This document shows positions 29,298-37,644 of a DNA stretch of 64,000 nucleotides, in pieces. Made by a program: the position numbers and the translations under genes. The DNA comes from an uncultured bacterium. Its GTDB lineage: Bacteria > Oederibacteriota > Oederibacteriia > Oederibacteriales > Oederibacteriaceae. The stretch covers positions 2,112,001-2,176,000 of the forward strand of contig OZ218778.1 in NCBI GenBank assembly GCA_965112635.1, written 5' to 3'. The first letter of the stretch is position 1. Every line of letters starts with the position of its first letter. Under the pieces are notes generated by a model, which saw nothing but the letters and a program-made list of their open reading frames with translations, was not told the origin of the DNA and did no database searches.

Positions 29298-30176
29298 GTG
29301 GCTGTATCACCTTCTCATAAATTTGGTCAGATTATAGGCGACGTTCTTGAGGCTGCAATCGAACCATTTCTAACTGAATTTGCAAAAAATAATGGTCTAT
29401 TTTTGGATAAGAAAGGATCTAGGCCAGCAAGGTCTGGAAAGAAAGTGGCATGGAGGGACCTAAACGGAAACTTGCATGACTTGGATTTTGTATTAGAAAG
29501 AGGTGGTACAGGAGAGAAAATTGGAATTCCAGTGGCTTTTATTGAATCGGCCTGGCGTAGATATACAAAACATTCTAGAAACAAAGCCCAGGAAATCCAA
29601 GGTGCCATTATTCCATTATCAGCAACATATAGGGCATCAGCTCCATTTTTGGGAGCTATTCTAGCTGGTGAATTTACTGGTGGAGCACTGAAGCAACTCA
29701 AATCTCTTGGGTTTGTGGTGCTTTACTTCTCCTATCCGGCAGTTGTTAAAGCATTCAGGTCAATGGGACTAGATGCTTCTTTTGATGAAAATACACCAGA
29801 TAAGGATTTCTCCAAAAAGATACAAAAATGGAATAGCCTTTCTATTACTAATCAACGGAAAATTGCTAATAGCCTTGTTGCGAAAAATATTAAATCTGTA
29901 AAAACATTTCTTGCCAGTTTAGAAAGAACTGTGGATAGAAAAATATTGGAATTTAGTATTTTGCCTCTCCACGGGAGGGCTTTTAATTTTCCTTCCGCAG
30001 ATAAGGCAATTGATTTTCTTGTCAAATATGACACTAGTAAAAATTTAGCCTCTATTCATAGGATTGAGATTTCTATTAAATACAGCAATGGTAATATCTT
30101 TGAGGCAAAATTTATTAACACGGATGAGGCTATTGATTTTCTACAGACATATAAAGGGATTAGACTTTCAAACTAA
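29298..30176 (+). CDS. Type II restriction endonuclease, NcoI-like
   Basis: GQIIG, GNLHDLDFVLERGG and AFIESAWRRYTKHSRNKAQEIQGA match my recollection of R.NcoI; directly follows the m4C MTase; GTG start at 29298. Confidence 0.8.
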   Translation: MAVSPSHKFGQIIGDVLEAAIEPFLTEFAKNNGLFLDKKGSRPARSGKKVAWRDLNGNLHDLDFVLERGGTGEKIGIPVAFIESAWRRYTKHSRNKAQEIQGAIIPLSATYRASAPFLGAILAGEFTGGALKQLKSLGFVVLYFSYPAVVKAFRSMGLDASFDENTPDKDFSKKIQKWNSLSITNQRKIANSLVAKNIKSVKTFLASLERTVDRKILEFSILPLHGRAFNFPSADKAIDFLVKYDTSKNLASIHRIEISIKYSNGNIFEAKFINTDEAIDFLQTYKGIRLSN

Positions 30177-30437
30177 TTGGAAGAAATTTAGGTAAGGTTT
30201 TCATAAACAATATTTTCCCCGCCTCCCCCCGACCCATTTTCAGCTTTTCAGGCCTTGCCTTTAGACCCCCGAAATCCTCAAACAATCAATGTTTCCATTT
30301 TCGCATTTTTCTTTGTGCATTACTGCGTAAAGTATTGTTTTAGTGAGAAAAGAGGCAGTAGTAGGTAAGAAAACTAATAGGTAGAGACCTAGTTCTAATT
30401 CATATCTTTAGGAATAGTTAAAAAATATCTTTATGCA

Positions 30438-30466
30438 TTGACAATATCCATCTTTTACGCTACAAT
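30438..30466 (+). promoter_or_regulatory. Near-consensus sigma70 promoter of the small-HTH/GGDEF operon
   Basis: TTGACA (30438-43), 17 nt, TACAAT (30461-66). Confidence 0.75.
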
Positions 30467-30563
30467 AATAAATAAGATTCGGATATTAGTAATAGTAGAA
30501 ACCTTTTAAATTAAAGGATTATTTGAACATTGTATTACCATCATATATTATTGCATAGGTAAA

Positions 30564-30803
30564 ATGAGGCTAAATGATATGAAAAATAAAGGCAATTTAA
30601 CATTGGAGTCAACAAACAAGCTTTTGATGGTATTGATAGCTCTTCTCTTAAGACGGAAAGAAGAAAATATTGCTACTCTTAGACAGCAGGTTAAAACTTT
30701 AAGCGATTTAGGTCTAAAGCCATTGGTGATAGCAGAAATATTAGGAAGATCAAGTAACTATATAAATAAGGAAATTTATAGTCTAAAAAAGGAGGAAAAA
30801 TAA
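30564..30803 (+). CDS. Small protein A: amphipathic helix plus HTH
   Basis: NKLLMVLIALLL...LSDLGLKPLVIAEILGRSSNYINKEIYSLK; the start may be ATG 30579. Confidence 0.75.
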   Translation: MRLNDMKNKGNLTLESTNKLLMVLIALLLRRKEENIATLRQQVKTLSDLGLKPLVIAEILGRSSNYINKEIYSLKKEEK

Positions 30804-30806
30804 ATT

Positions 30807-30995
30807 ATGGGAAAGCAGAATCAAATTAAAGAGAAAGTAGTTGAAAATCTATTGCGCGATCTACTAATTGTGCAGCTTGGTCTTGCCGGTCTGACACAGC
30901 ATCAGATTAGAGAAATTGTGCAGGTTGATATACATCAAGTAAATCGAATTGTAAAACATTTGAGAGGAGGAAAAAATGAAAAGATCAAAATCTAA
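30807..30995 (+). CDS. Small protein B: amphipathic helix plus HTH
   Basis: ENLLRDLLIVQL-GLAGLTQHQIREIVQVDIHQVNRIVKHL; RBS AGGAGG upstream. Confidence 0.75.
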   Translation: MGKQNQIKEKVVENLLRDLLIVQLGLAGLTQHQIREIVQVDIHQVNRIVKHLRGGKNEKIKI

Positions 30996-31155
30996 AACAA
31001 TTGATCAGAAATTGGACGTTGTTGTTGATCTTTTACGCCATTTACTTGTGTTGGAGTTGCATAAGGAAGGTGTAATTCAGGACAATATTTGCAGACAACT
31101 TCATATAACAAAGCAAACAGTTGTCGATATGTTGAAGGGAGTTAAACATGAGTGA
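30976..31155 (+). CDS. Small protein C (59 aa, missed by the ORF track): amphipathic helix plus HTH
   Basis: GAGGAGG RBS at 30964-70; MKRSKSKTIDQKLDVVVDLLRHLLVLELHKEGVIQDNICRQLHITKQTVVDMLKGVKHE*; overlaps B and D and fills the gap between them. Confidence 0.8.
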   Translation: MKRSKSKTIDQKLDVVVDLLRHLLVLELHKEGVIQDNICRQLHITKQTVVDMLKGVKHE

Positions 31156-31384
31156 AAAAATACTCGAAGATATATCTAATAAGCTGAACATATTAATTTC
31201 ACTATCAATAAAACAATTAAATGGGGATAAGGATTTTAGTAATAAATCAACGCGGAAACGGGGTGTTGGTGATTATGCAAGATACCTGGCTAATTATGGA
31301 ATTGATGCAAAAGAAATATCAAGGATACTTAATGCTCCTTTACAAAGCATAAGAACACTTTTAACACCAAAGCGGAGTAAATGA
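31148..31384 (+). CDS. Small protein D: amphipathic helix plus HTH
   Basis: ILEDISNKLNILISLSI...ARYLANYGIDAKEISRILNAPLQSIRTLL; ATGAGTGA overlap with C. Confidence 0.75.
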   Translation: MSEKILEDISNKLNILISLSIKQLNGDKDFSNKSTRKRGVGDYARYLANYGIDAKEISRILNAPLQSIRTLLTPKRSK

Positions 31385-31385
31385 A

Positions 31386-32174
31386 ATGTCGCGGCCCCGT
31401 TTTCTCGATTTAAAAATAATGACAAAAATTGCAAATAAAATTAGAAAAAGTGTAAAAAGAGTTAATAGTTTGGTGAGTAAAAAGGCTAGTAAGTATAGAA
31501 TTTCCACAAAAGCAGCTTTGGCGCTGGTGGCGAAAGATTATAATGTCCCAACAACAGTTTACCAGAATAAATTGGAACCATCCGAGCGCGAAGAGTTTCG
31601 TAGTACTCTATTATTAGCAAATAACATAAATGATCATGGAAGTAAAAAGAAAAAAGTTGTCTCTCAATATCGGCAGAAGCAACAAAAATTCAAAATACTT
31701 GATGCTCCCGGATTATTATCAAAAGATTTGCAGTCGATCGATGGGTTTTTTGGTATAGCAGTTCTATTTATTGATCTCGACGATTTTAAATTTCTCAATT
31801 CAAATTTTACTGAGACTGTTGTTGATAAAGAGATACTGCCATCGGTGCATAATTTGCTAAAACGTTGCGTAAATTATTATGGGTATGCTTATGCAATGGG
31901 TGGAGATGAGTTTGCATATCTACTTCCAAATTGCACACAAAAAATGGCGATTGAATTTGCAAAAGCAGTTCGTAAGGAGATTGAAAGACTACAATTTTCT
32001 GGAAGTGTGGATTCAGTGAAACTCACCGCCTCGATTGGTCTTTCATATGAGCATCCTCCCTACTCAAAGGGATTGGATCATCAAAAAGCTGCTAACTTAG
32101 CAAAAAATCATGCCAAGGAATCTGGGAAAAATTGCGTCTGTGAATTAATAAAAACAAAATTCGTTATTCATTAA
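31386..32174 (+). CDS. Atypical GGDEF-domain nucleotide cyclase with a basic N-terminal helical domain
   Basis: AVLFIDLDDFKFLN, GGDEF, LTASIG, AKESGKN; N-terminal about 75 aa Lys/Arg-rich helical domain; starts 1 nt after the D stop. Confidence 0.85.
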   Translation: MSRPRFLDLKIMTKIANKIRKSVKRVNSLVSKKASKYRISTKAALALVAKDYNVPTTVYQNKLEPSEREEFRSTLLLANNINDHGSKKKKVVSQYRQKQQKFKILDAPGLLSKDLQSIDGFFGIAVLFIDLDDFKFLNSNFTETVVDKEILPSVHNLLKRCVNYYGYAYAMGGDEFAYLLPNCTQKMAIEFAKAVRKEIERLQFSGSVDSVKLTASIGLSYEHPPYSKGLDHQKAANLAKNHAKESGKNCVCELIKTKFVIH

Positions 32175-32441
32175 ACTAAACATAAATTAAATTCAAGTCT
32201 TCAAATATAAGATTGCCCAACCCCCATAGACACTGTTCCTCCCGTAAAACAACGGAAACGCTGTCACGGGATGAATGATTAAAAAAGCCTTCTTCACAAT
32301 TTTTCCGCCGGCGGGTTTTTAGCCCCGCATTTAATCCCCGGAATCAGTAAACCTTTAACCCTGGATTTGTCACTTTCACGCTTGCGCAAACATGAAAGTG
32401 ACATTTTTGGCGGGTTGGCAGAAAATGGAAATTTACTGCGA

Positions 32442-32741
32442 TTACTTTTTCATCAGGAAACCGGAGACCATTATCAGTGTGACCAGCAGGGCGATGAGTG
32501 CGGTTTTGCGTTCTCCTGCTTTGGCATAACCATAGATGAGCATGACCAGCCGCAGGACAGGCGTCAGGACCAATAAAAGAATGCCAGCCAGAGTGATGTC
32601 CAGGCCGATGGCGGGGTTGAATGAAAATAAAGAAGAGCTGAGAAGGCCCAGGAACATAATGGTCCCGCTGGTCCACACGCTCCAGAGCAAGACCAAATGT
32701 ATGAGTTTTTTCACTTGTTGTTCAGAGTTCATCGCTTTCAA
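32442..32741 (-). CDS. Small membrane protein (DUF1634-like), TauE partner
   Basis: Three TM segments, GILLLVLTPVLRLV motif, overlaps the TauE stop. Confidence 0.75.
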   Translation of the reverse strand: MKAMNSEQQVKKLIHLVLLWSVWTSGTIMFLGLLSSSLFSFNPAIGLDITLAGILLLVLTPVLRLVMLIYGYAKAGERKTALIALLVTLIMVSGFLMKK

Positions 32742-33577
32742 CCTCCCAGGTTGAAAAACATTTTTACGGCTATGGCGAACATGAGCAAGCTGAACGCCAC
32801 CTGCAGTTTTTCGCTTTTGACCCCTGCCAATATTTTCATTCCCAGGGAAGAACCCGCAAGGACGCCGATGACCAAAACCGCGGTCAGGTCAGGAATGACC
32901 AGGCCGTGCTGGAAGAAAACTATGGCGCTGGTGGCCGCGGTCACGCCCAGCATGAAGTTGCTGGTCGCGGCAGCGGCTTTCATGGGCACCCCGCAGACAA
33001 GATGCATGAGCGGCACCTGGATGATGCCTCCGCCTATACCCAGCATGCCGGAGAGCGCGCCTGCCGCGAGAGAAATAGGCATGGCCCAAGACAGCTTTTT
33101 CACGCCATAGCCGATGGTCTTTTTGGTGGCCGGGTCAAAATATTCCCCGCCTATCTCTCCTTTTGATGGAGGCAAATAATCTTCGTCGGTATTTTTTCCC
33201 CGCAGGCTGGCAAGGCCTCTCCAAAACATGGTACAGGCTGAAGCGACCACGAGCAGGGCAAAAAAGAATTTAAGAAAATAGGGGGAAAGAAGGCTGGCGA
33301 TGAAAGCGCCGCTCAAGGCGCCCAAGGAGGTGGAGATTTCCAGGGACAACCCCAGACGCATGTTGGCAATGCCTTTTTCCACATTGATGGCCGCGACCGC
33401 GCTGGAAGTGGCAATGATGGTGACCAGGGAGGTGGCTATGGCATTGAGCATGGGGACATGTAGATAAATGACCATGGCGGGAATGAGCAGGATGCCGCCG
33501 CCAATACCGAACACGGCACCCAGCATCCCGACCAGACTGCCCAGGAGGACCAGGAGTATTATTTCCAACAGACCCAA
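32738..33577 (-). CDS. Sulfite exporter TauE/SafE family permease
   Basis: Duplicated G-x-G-I-G-G-G-x-x-x-x-P motifs, AIATSL and AAATS. Confidence 0.9.
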   Translation of the reverse strand: MGLLEIILLVLLGSLVGMLGAVFGIGGGILLIPAMVIYLHVPMLNAIATSLVTIIATSSAVAAINVEKGIANMRLGLSLEISTSLGALSGAFIASLLSPYFLKFFFALLVVASACTMFWRGLASLRGKNTDEDYLPPSKGEIGGEYFDPATKKTIGYGVKKLSWAMPISLAAGALSGMLGIGGGIIQVPLMHLVCGVPMKAAAATSNFMLGVTAATSAIVFFQHGLVIPDLTAVLVIGVLAGSSLGMKILAGVKSEKLQVAFSLLMFAIAVKMFFNLGG

Positions 33578-33688
33578 TTCAGTATCTCCCCATTAAAAAG
33601 TTGCTAAAATAGGTAGCGCATTTATGTTTTTGTCATTGATGTTACACTATAGCGCAACTTAACAAAAAAGGAATTACAGGATTTCAAA

Positions 33689-35992
33689 ATGAACTATTCC
33701 ATTGCAGAAGTAGCCATCCCCCTGGCCATAGACAAAGTATTTGACTACAAGATACCCGAAGAGTGGGGAGAGCTTGTCCGAGTCGGCAAAAGGGTGTTCG
33801 TCCCTTTTGGCAATAAAAAGACGACCGGGTTTGTGGTCGGGCTGAAACAAAGTTCCGGTGTCAGCGTCCTGAAAGATATCGAGGATATCCTGGATACCCA
33901 GCCTGTTTTTGACGAAAACATGCTGGACCTGTGCCGCTGGATGTCCCAATACTATGTGTGCTCTTTGGGTGAGGCTTTGCAGGCCGCTTTGCCCGGGTTG
34001 GGGGATTGGGAAGAGAAGACAATAATTAGTTTAAATAAAGACAAGGTCAAAGTTCAAGAAGCCAAAAGTCCACGTCAAACGCGCTGTTTGACGCGACTGC
34101 CTTTGAGCGGGAACGCTCTATTACAAAGGCGGTCGAAGCCCAATGAGCTGATTGACCTTCTAATCGAGAAAAAGAAGGTGACTGTCGGCCAGATAAAAAA
34201 GGCGCTGAAATGGAAAAATCCCACTGCCTTTCTGGCCCAGATGGAAAAGCAGGGAATCATTACAATCCAGCAAAAGGTGGAAAAGAAAAAGGGGATTTCG
34301 GGCGCGCCAACTGATGTTCGCGTGGAGGAAAGCCGGCAAACAGAAAAGTTTACTTTTGTTTTGACCCCGGAACAAAAACAGGCCATGGCTGTGCTGGAAC
34401 CCAAAATGGTTGAGCAAAAGTTCGGGGTGACGCTTTTGCAGGGCGTGACCGGCAGCGGCAAGACCGAAGTATATCTACGCTGCGCTTCATTCATGAAAAG
34501 CTTGGGCAGGCAATCCTTGATACTTGTGCCGGAAATATCCTTGACGCCCCAGACCATGGACCACTTCAAGTCCATTTTTGGTGACAGCGTGGCGACCCTG
34601 CACAGCCGGCTCACCCAAAAGGAGTCGCTGGCAGAGTGGTCGAAAATAAAGTCCGGCCAGGCATGGGTGGTGGTGGGGCCGCGTTCGGCTGTGTTCGCCC
34701 CTTTGGACAAGCTGGGTCTCATTGTCATCGATGAGGAGCAGGAAACTTCTTACAAGCAGGGCGAAACACCCCGTTACCATTGCCGCAGCGTTGCCCTCAT
34801 GCGGGCCAAGCAGAACCAAGCCCTGGTCCTGCTGGGTTCGGCGACGCCTTCCCTGGAATCGCGATACTACGCTGAAAAAAAAGAGTACGGCCACATTGTC
34901 TTTAAGAAAAGGATATTGGACAGGCCTTTGGCCCAGGTCAAAGTCGTGGACATGAGGACCGAACTCAAGCAGGCCAACAAAACCCTGCTCATTTCCAGCG
35001 AATTGAAAAATAAGCTGAGCCAGTGCATCAATAACGGGGAGCAGGCCCTGCTATTTCTTAACCGCCGGGGGTTTTCCACCATTGTCCTGTGCGTGGAATG
35101 CGGATATGCTTTCCGCTGTCCGGCCTGCAGCGTGGCCATGACCTATCACCTGGGCATCAATAGACTGAAATGCCACTATTGCCTGTATGAAACCACTTTG
35201 CCTCAGGTGTGCCCCATGTGCAGTTCCAAAAAAATAGAAAAATACGGGGTCGGCGTCCAGCAGGTGGAGGCAGAAGCCAGGGCCATGTTCCCGAAGGTAG
35301 GGGTGGACAGGATGGATGTGGACGCCACAACCAAAAAAAACGCTCACAGGGAGATCCTGGGGCGATTTAAAGAGGGTAGGACGAAGATTTTGGTGGGCAC
35401 TCAGATGATAGCCAAGGGTTTGGATTTTCCCGGGGTGACCCTGGTGGGAGTCATCTCATCGGATACCAGTTTAAATTTCCCCGACTTTCGGTCAGGGGAG
35501 CGGACTTTTCAGCTTTTGACCCAAGTGGCCGGGAGGGCGGGCAGGGGGCAAAAACCCGGAGAAGTGATCATTCAGACATTTGTGCCCGACCATTATGCCA
35601 TCCAGGCCGCGAAGAGCCAGGATTATGACGCTTTTTACCAAAAAGAGTTAAAATATAGACAGGAGCTGGGCTATCCTCCTTTTAGCCGGATGGCCCAGGT
35701 GATCTTTAAAAGTACAGACCTGGAAATGCTTCAAAAGGCCAGCTTGGACTTTCGAAAAGATTTGGAGAGAGCACTGGCAGCCAAAAAGACGGCCAGCGTC
35801 AAAATTTTAGGGCCGGCGCCGTGTGTTATCGAGAAGATAAAGGGTTTTTACCGCTGGCAGATGCTGATTCGGGGAGCCAAAAGGCAGGAGTTCGCGGCTT
35901 TTTGCCAGTCTGAGCTGAAGCTGGCTAAAAATAAATTTGAGTTGGGCCGTGTTTTGATTAGTATTGATGTCGACCCTATGGGTATGGCCTAG
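33689..35992 (+). CDS. priA: Primosomal protein N' (helicase)
   Basis: GVTGSGKTEVY, LVPEISLT, IDEEQ, LNRRG, CxxC zinc motifs, GTQMIAKGLDF, QVAGRAGR, DVDP. Confidence 0.97.
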   Translation: MNYSIAEVAIPLAIDKVFDYKIPEEWGELVRVGKRVFVPFGNKKTTGFVVGLKQSSGVSVLKDIEDILDTQPVFDENMLDLCRWMSQYYVCSLGEALQAALPGLGDWEEKTIISLNKDKVKVQEAKSPRQTRCLTRLPLSGNALLQRRSKPNELIDLLIEKKKVTVGQIKKALKWKNPTAFLAQMEKQGIITIQQKVEKKKGISGAPTDVRVEESRQTEKFTFVLTPEQKQAMAVLEPKMVEQKFGVTLLQGVTGSGKTEVYLRCASFMKSLGRQSLILVPEISLTPQTMDHFKSIFGDSVATLHSRLTQKESLAEWSKIKSGQAWVVVGPRSAVFAPLDKLGLIVIDEEQETSYKQGETPRYHCRSVALMRAKQNQALVLLGSATPSLESRYYAEKKEYGHIVFKKRILDRPLAQVKVVDMRTELKQANKTLLISSELKNKLSQCINNGEQALLFLNRRGFSTIVLCVECGYAFRCPACSVAMTYHLGINRLKCHYCLYETTLPQVCPMCSSKKIEKYGVGVQQVEAEARAMFPKVGVDRMDVDATTKKNAHREILGRFKEGRTKILVGTQMIAKGLDFPGVTLVGVISSDTSLNFPDFRSGERTFQLLTQVAGRAGRGQKPGEVIIQTFVPDHYAIQAAKSQDYDAFYQKELKYRQELGYPPFSRMAQVIFKSTDLEMLQKASLDFRKDLERALAAKKTASVKILGPAPCVIEKIKGFYRWQMLIRGAKRQEFAAFCQSELKLAKNKFELGRVLISIDVDPMGMA
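34073..34135. repeat. Palindromic element lying in frame within priA
   Basis: CGTCAAAC/GTTTGACG hairpin, then a CGACTGCCTTTG/CAAAGGCGGTCG stem enclosing GAGCG-GGAA-CGCTC. Confidence 0.7.
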
Positions 35993-36010
35993 GGCAAGAA
36001 AGGAAGCAGC

Positions 36011-36565
36011 ATGGCAGAAGAAACCGAAAAAGAACAGGTAAGGACCCTGGGTGAAGGTGTGCTGAGGAAAAAGGGCGAAATGGTGGTTTCCGTTGATGAT
36101 GAGATCAAGGCGTTGGTAAAACGAATGATCAAGGGCCTCTATGAAAATAAGGGTATCGGCCTGGCTGCCCCGCAGATCGGGGTATCCAAGCAAGTTACGG
36201 TTATTGATACCAGCCAGGGAACCAACATGAAAGACCTGTATGTGCTCATCAATCCCATCATAGTTGAAAAAAAGGGCGAGGTTTTGCTGGATGAGGGATG
36301 CCTCAGCCTGCCGGGGTTCAGGGCCCAGGTCAAACGGGCGGTGGAAGTAAAGGTTGAGGCTTTAAATCTCAAAGGTCAGAAATACACCATCGAAGCCACA
36401 GGCCTGCTGGCCCAAGCTTTACAGCACGAGCTGGACCACCTTAACGGAATCTTGTTCATTGACCACTTGCCTTGGTGGCAGAGGCTTTTCACCTACAGAA
36501 GGCAGATCAACCAGGTCAAGTTCGAGACCAGGATGAAATTGTTGTCCCAGGCTCAAGATGAATGA
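36011..36565 (+). CDS. def: Peptide deformylase
   Basis: GIGLAAPQIG, EGCLS, QHELDHLNG. Confidence 0.97.
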   Translation: MAEETEKEQVRTLGEGVLRKKGEMVVSVDDEIKALVKRMIKGLYENKGIGLAAPQIGVSKQVTVIDTSQGTNMKDLYVLINPIIVEKKGEVLLDEGCLSLPGFRAQVKRAVEVKVEALNLKGQKYTIEATGLLAQALQHELDHLNGILFIDHLPWWQRLFTYRRQINQVKFETRMKLLSQAQDE

Positions 36566-36580
36566 GCGGGGTGCTCCAAG

Positions 36581-37525
36581 ATGAGAATCGTTTTCATGGG
36601 GACCCCGGATTTTGCCGTGCCTTGCCTGGAAGCCCTCCAAAAAAACCACGAAGTCGTCGCCGTAGTCGTTCAGCCCGATAAGCCGCAAGGCAGGGGTATG
36701 AATGTTTTGGCGCTGCCTGTCAAAGTGCTGGCTGTTTCTTTGGGTCTGCCGGTTTTGCAGCCGAATGACGTAATGGACGAGGGGTTTGCTGAAAAGTTAA
36801 AAGCACTCCGGCCCGAACTGGGTGTGGTGGTGGCCTACGGCCAGTTTTTGACCCAGGAAATACTGGGCATCCCGGTGAAAGGCTGGATCAATGTGCATGC
36901 TTCTCTGCTCCCCAAATACCGCGGGGCCGCTCCCATAACCAGGGCAATCTGCGCGGGTGAGGCCGAGACGGGCTTGACTATACAATTCCTGGACCTTAAA
37001 ATGGATTCCGGCGATGTGATCATGAGACAAAAAGTAGAGATCACCGACCAAGATACCACGGAAACCCTGAAATCCCGCCTGCAACAAAGCGCACCCGGAC
37101 TTCTACTAAAGGCCGTGGGATTGATAGGGCAGGGTAGGGAAACAAGGGAAAAACAGAACGACCAAGAGGCCACTTTTGCCCCTATGCTGCGGAAAGAGGA
37201 TGGCCTGATCAATTGGAGCAGGAGTGCCAGGGAGATCTATAATCAGGTGAGAGCCATGGACCCCTGGCCTGCTGCTTATAGCACACTCAACGGCAAGGTT
37301 ATCAAGGTTTGGGAAGCAATGGTTAGAGAAGCTGATAGCACGGGTCAGCTTGGTATCATAGGAGAGATAGTTAAAGATACAGGCTGGGTCGTTAGCACAG
37401 GAAAAGGGACTCTTTTGGTAAAAACCATCCAAGCCCAGGATGGCAAAAAAATGAACGCTTTTACCTATGGGCTGGGTCACCAAATAAAAGAAAAAATGAT
37501 GTTTGATTGGGTCAGATTTGGCTAA
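36581..37525 (+). CDS. fmt: Methionyl-tRNA formyltransferase
   Basis: FMGTPDFA, QPDKPQGRG, INVHASLLPKYRGAAP; follows def. Confidence 0.97.
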   Translation: MRIVFMGTPDFAVPCLEALQKNHEVVAVVVQPDKPQGRGMNVLALPVKVLAVSLGLPVLQPNDVMDEGFAEKLKALRPELGVVVAYGQFLTQEILGIPVKGWINVHASLLPKYRGAAPITRAICAGEAETGLTIQFLDLKMDSGDVIMRQKVEITDQDTTETLKSRLQQSAPGLLLKAVGLIGQGRETREKQNDQEATFAPMLRKEDGLINWSRSAREIYNQVRAMDPWPAAYSTLNGKVIKVWEAMVREADSTGQLGIIGEIVKDTGWVVSTGKGTLLVKTIQAQDGKKMNAFTYGLGHQIKEKMMFDWVRFG

Positions 37526-37549
37526 AATAGTTTTAACAAGCCAACTCTG

Positions 37550-37612
37550 CCTGCCCCCTCGCCCAGCGAAGCTGGGCTACGGGCAGGTTTTCAACCCCGG
37601 CCTATGGCCGGG
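37550..37612. repeat. REP-like GC-rich hairpins upstream of htpX
   Basis: CCTGCCC...GGGCAGG enclosing GCCCAGC-GAA-GCTGGGC; then CCCGGCC-TAT-GGCCGGG. Confidence 0.7.
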
Positions 37613-37644
37613 ATTTCAAACCAAGTGGCTAGGAGGAAAATAAG

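Larger units (their letters stand above)
24562..32340. mobile_element. Accessory, defence-island-like region; boundaries approximate and no integrase seen
   Basis: Orphan genes, a nuclease, an R-M system, repeated intergenic elements and a sharp AT enrichment from about 26.9 kb, all between metabolic or housekeeping genes. Confidence 0.55.
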
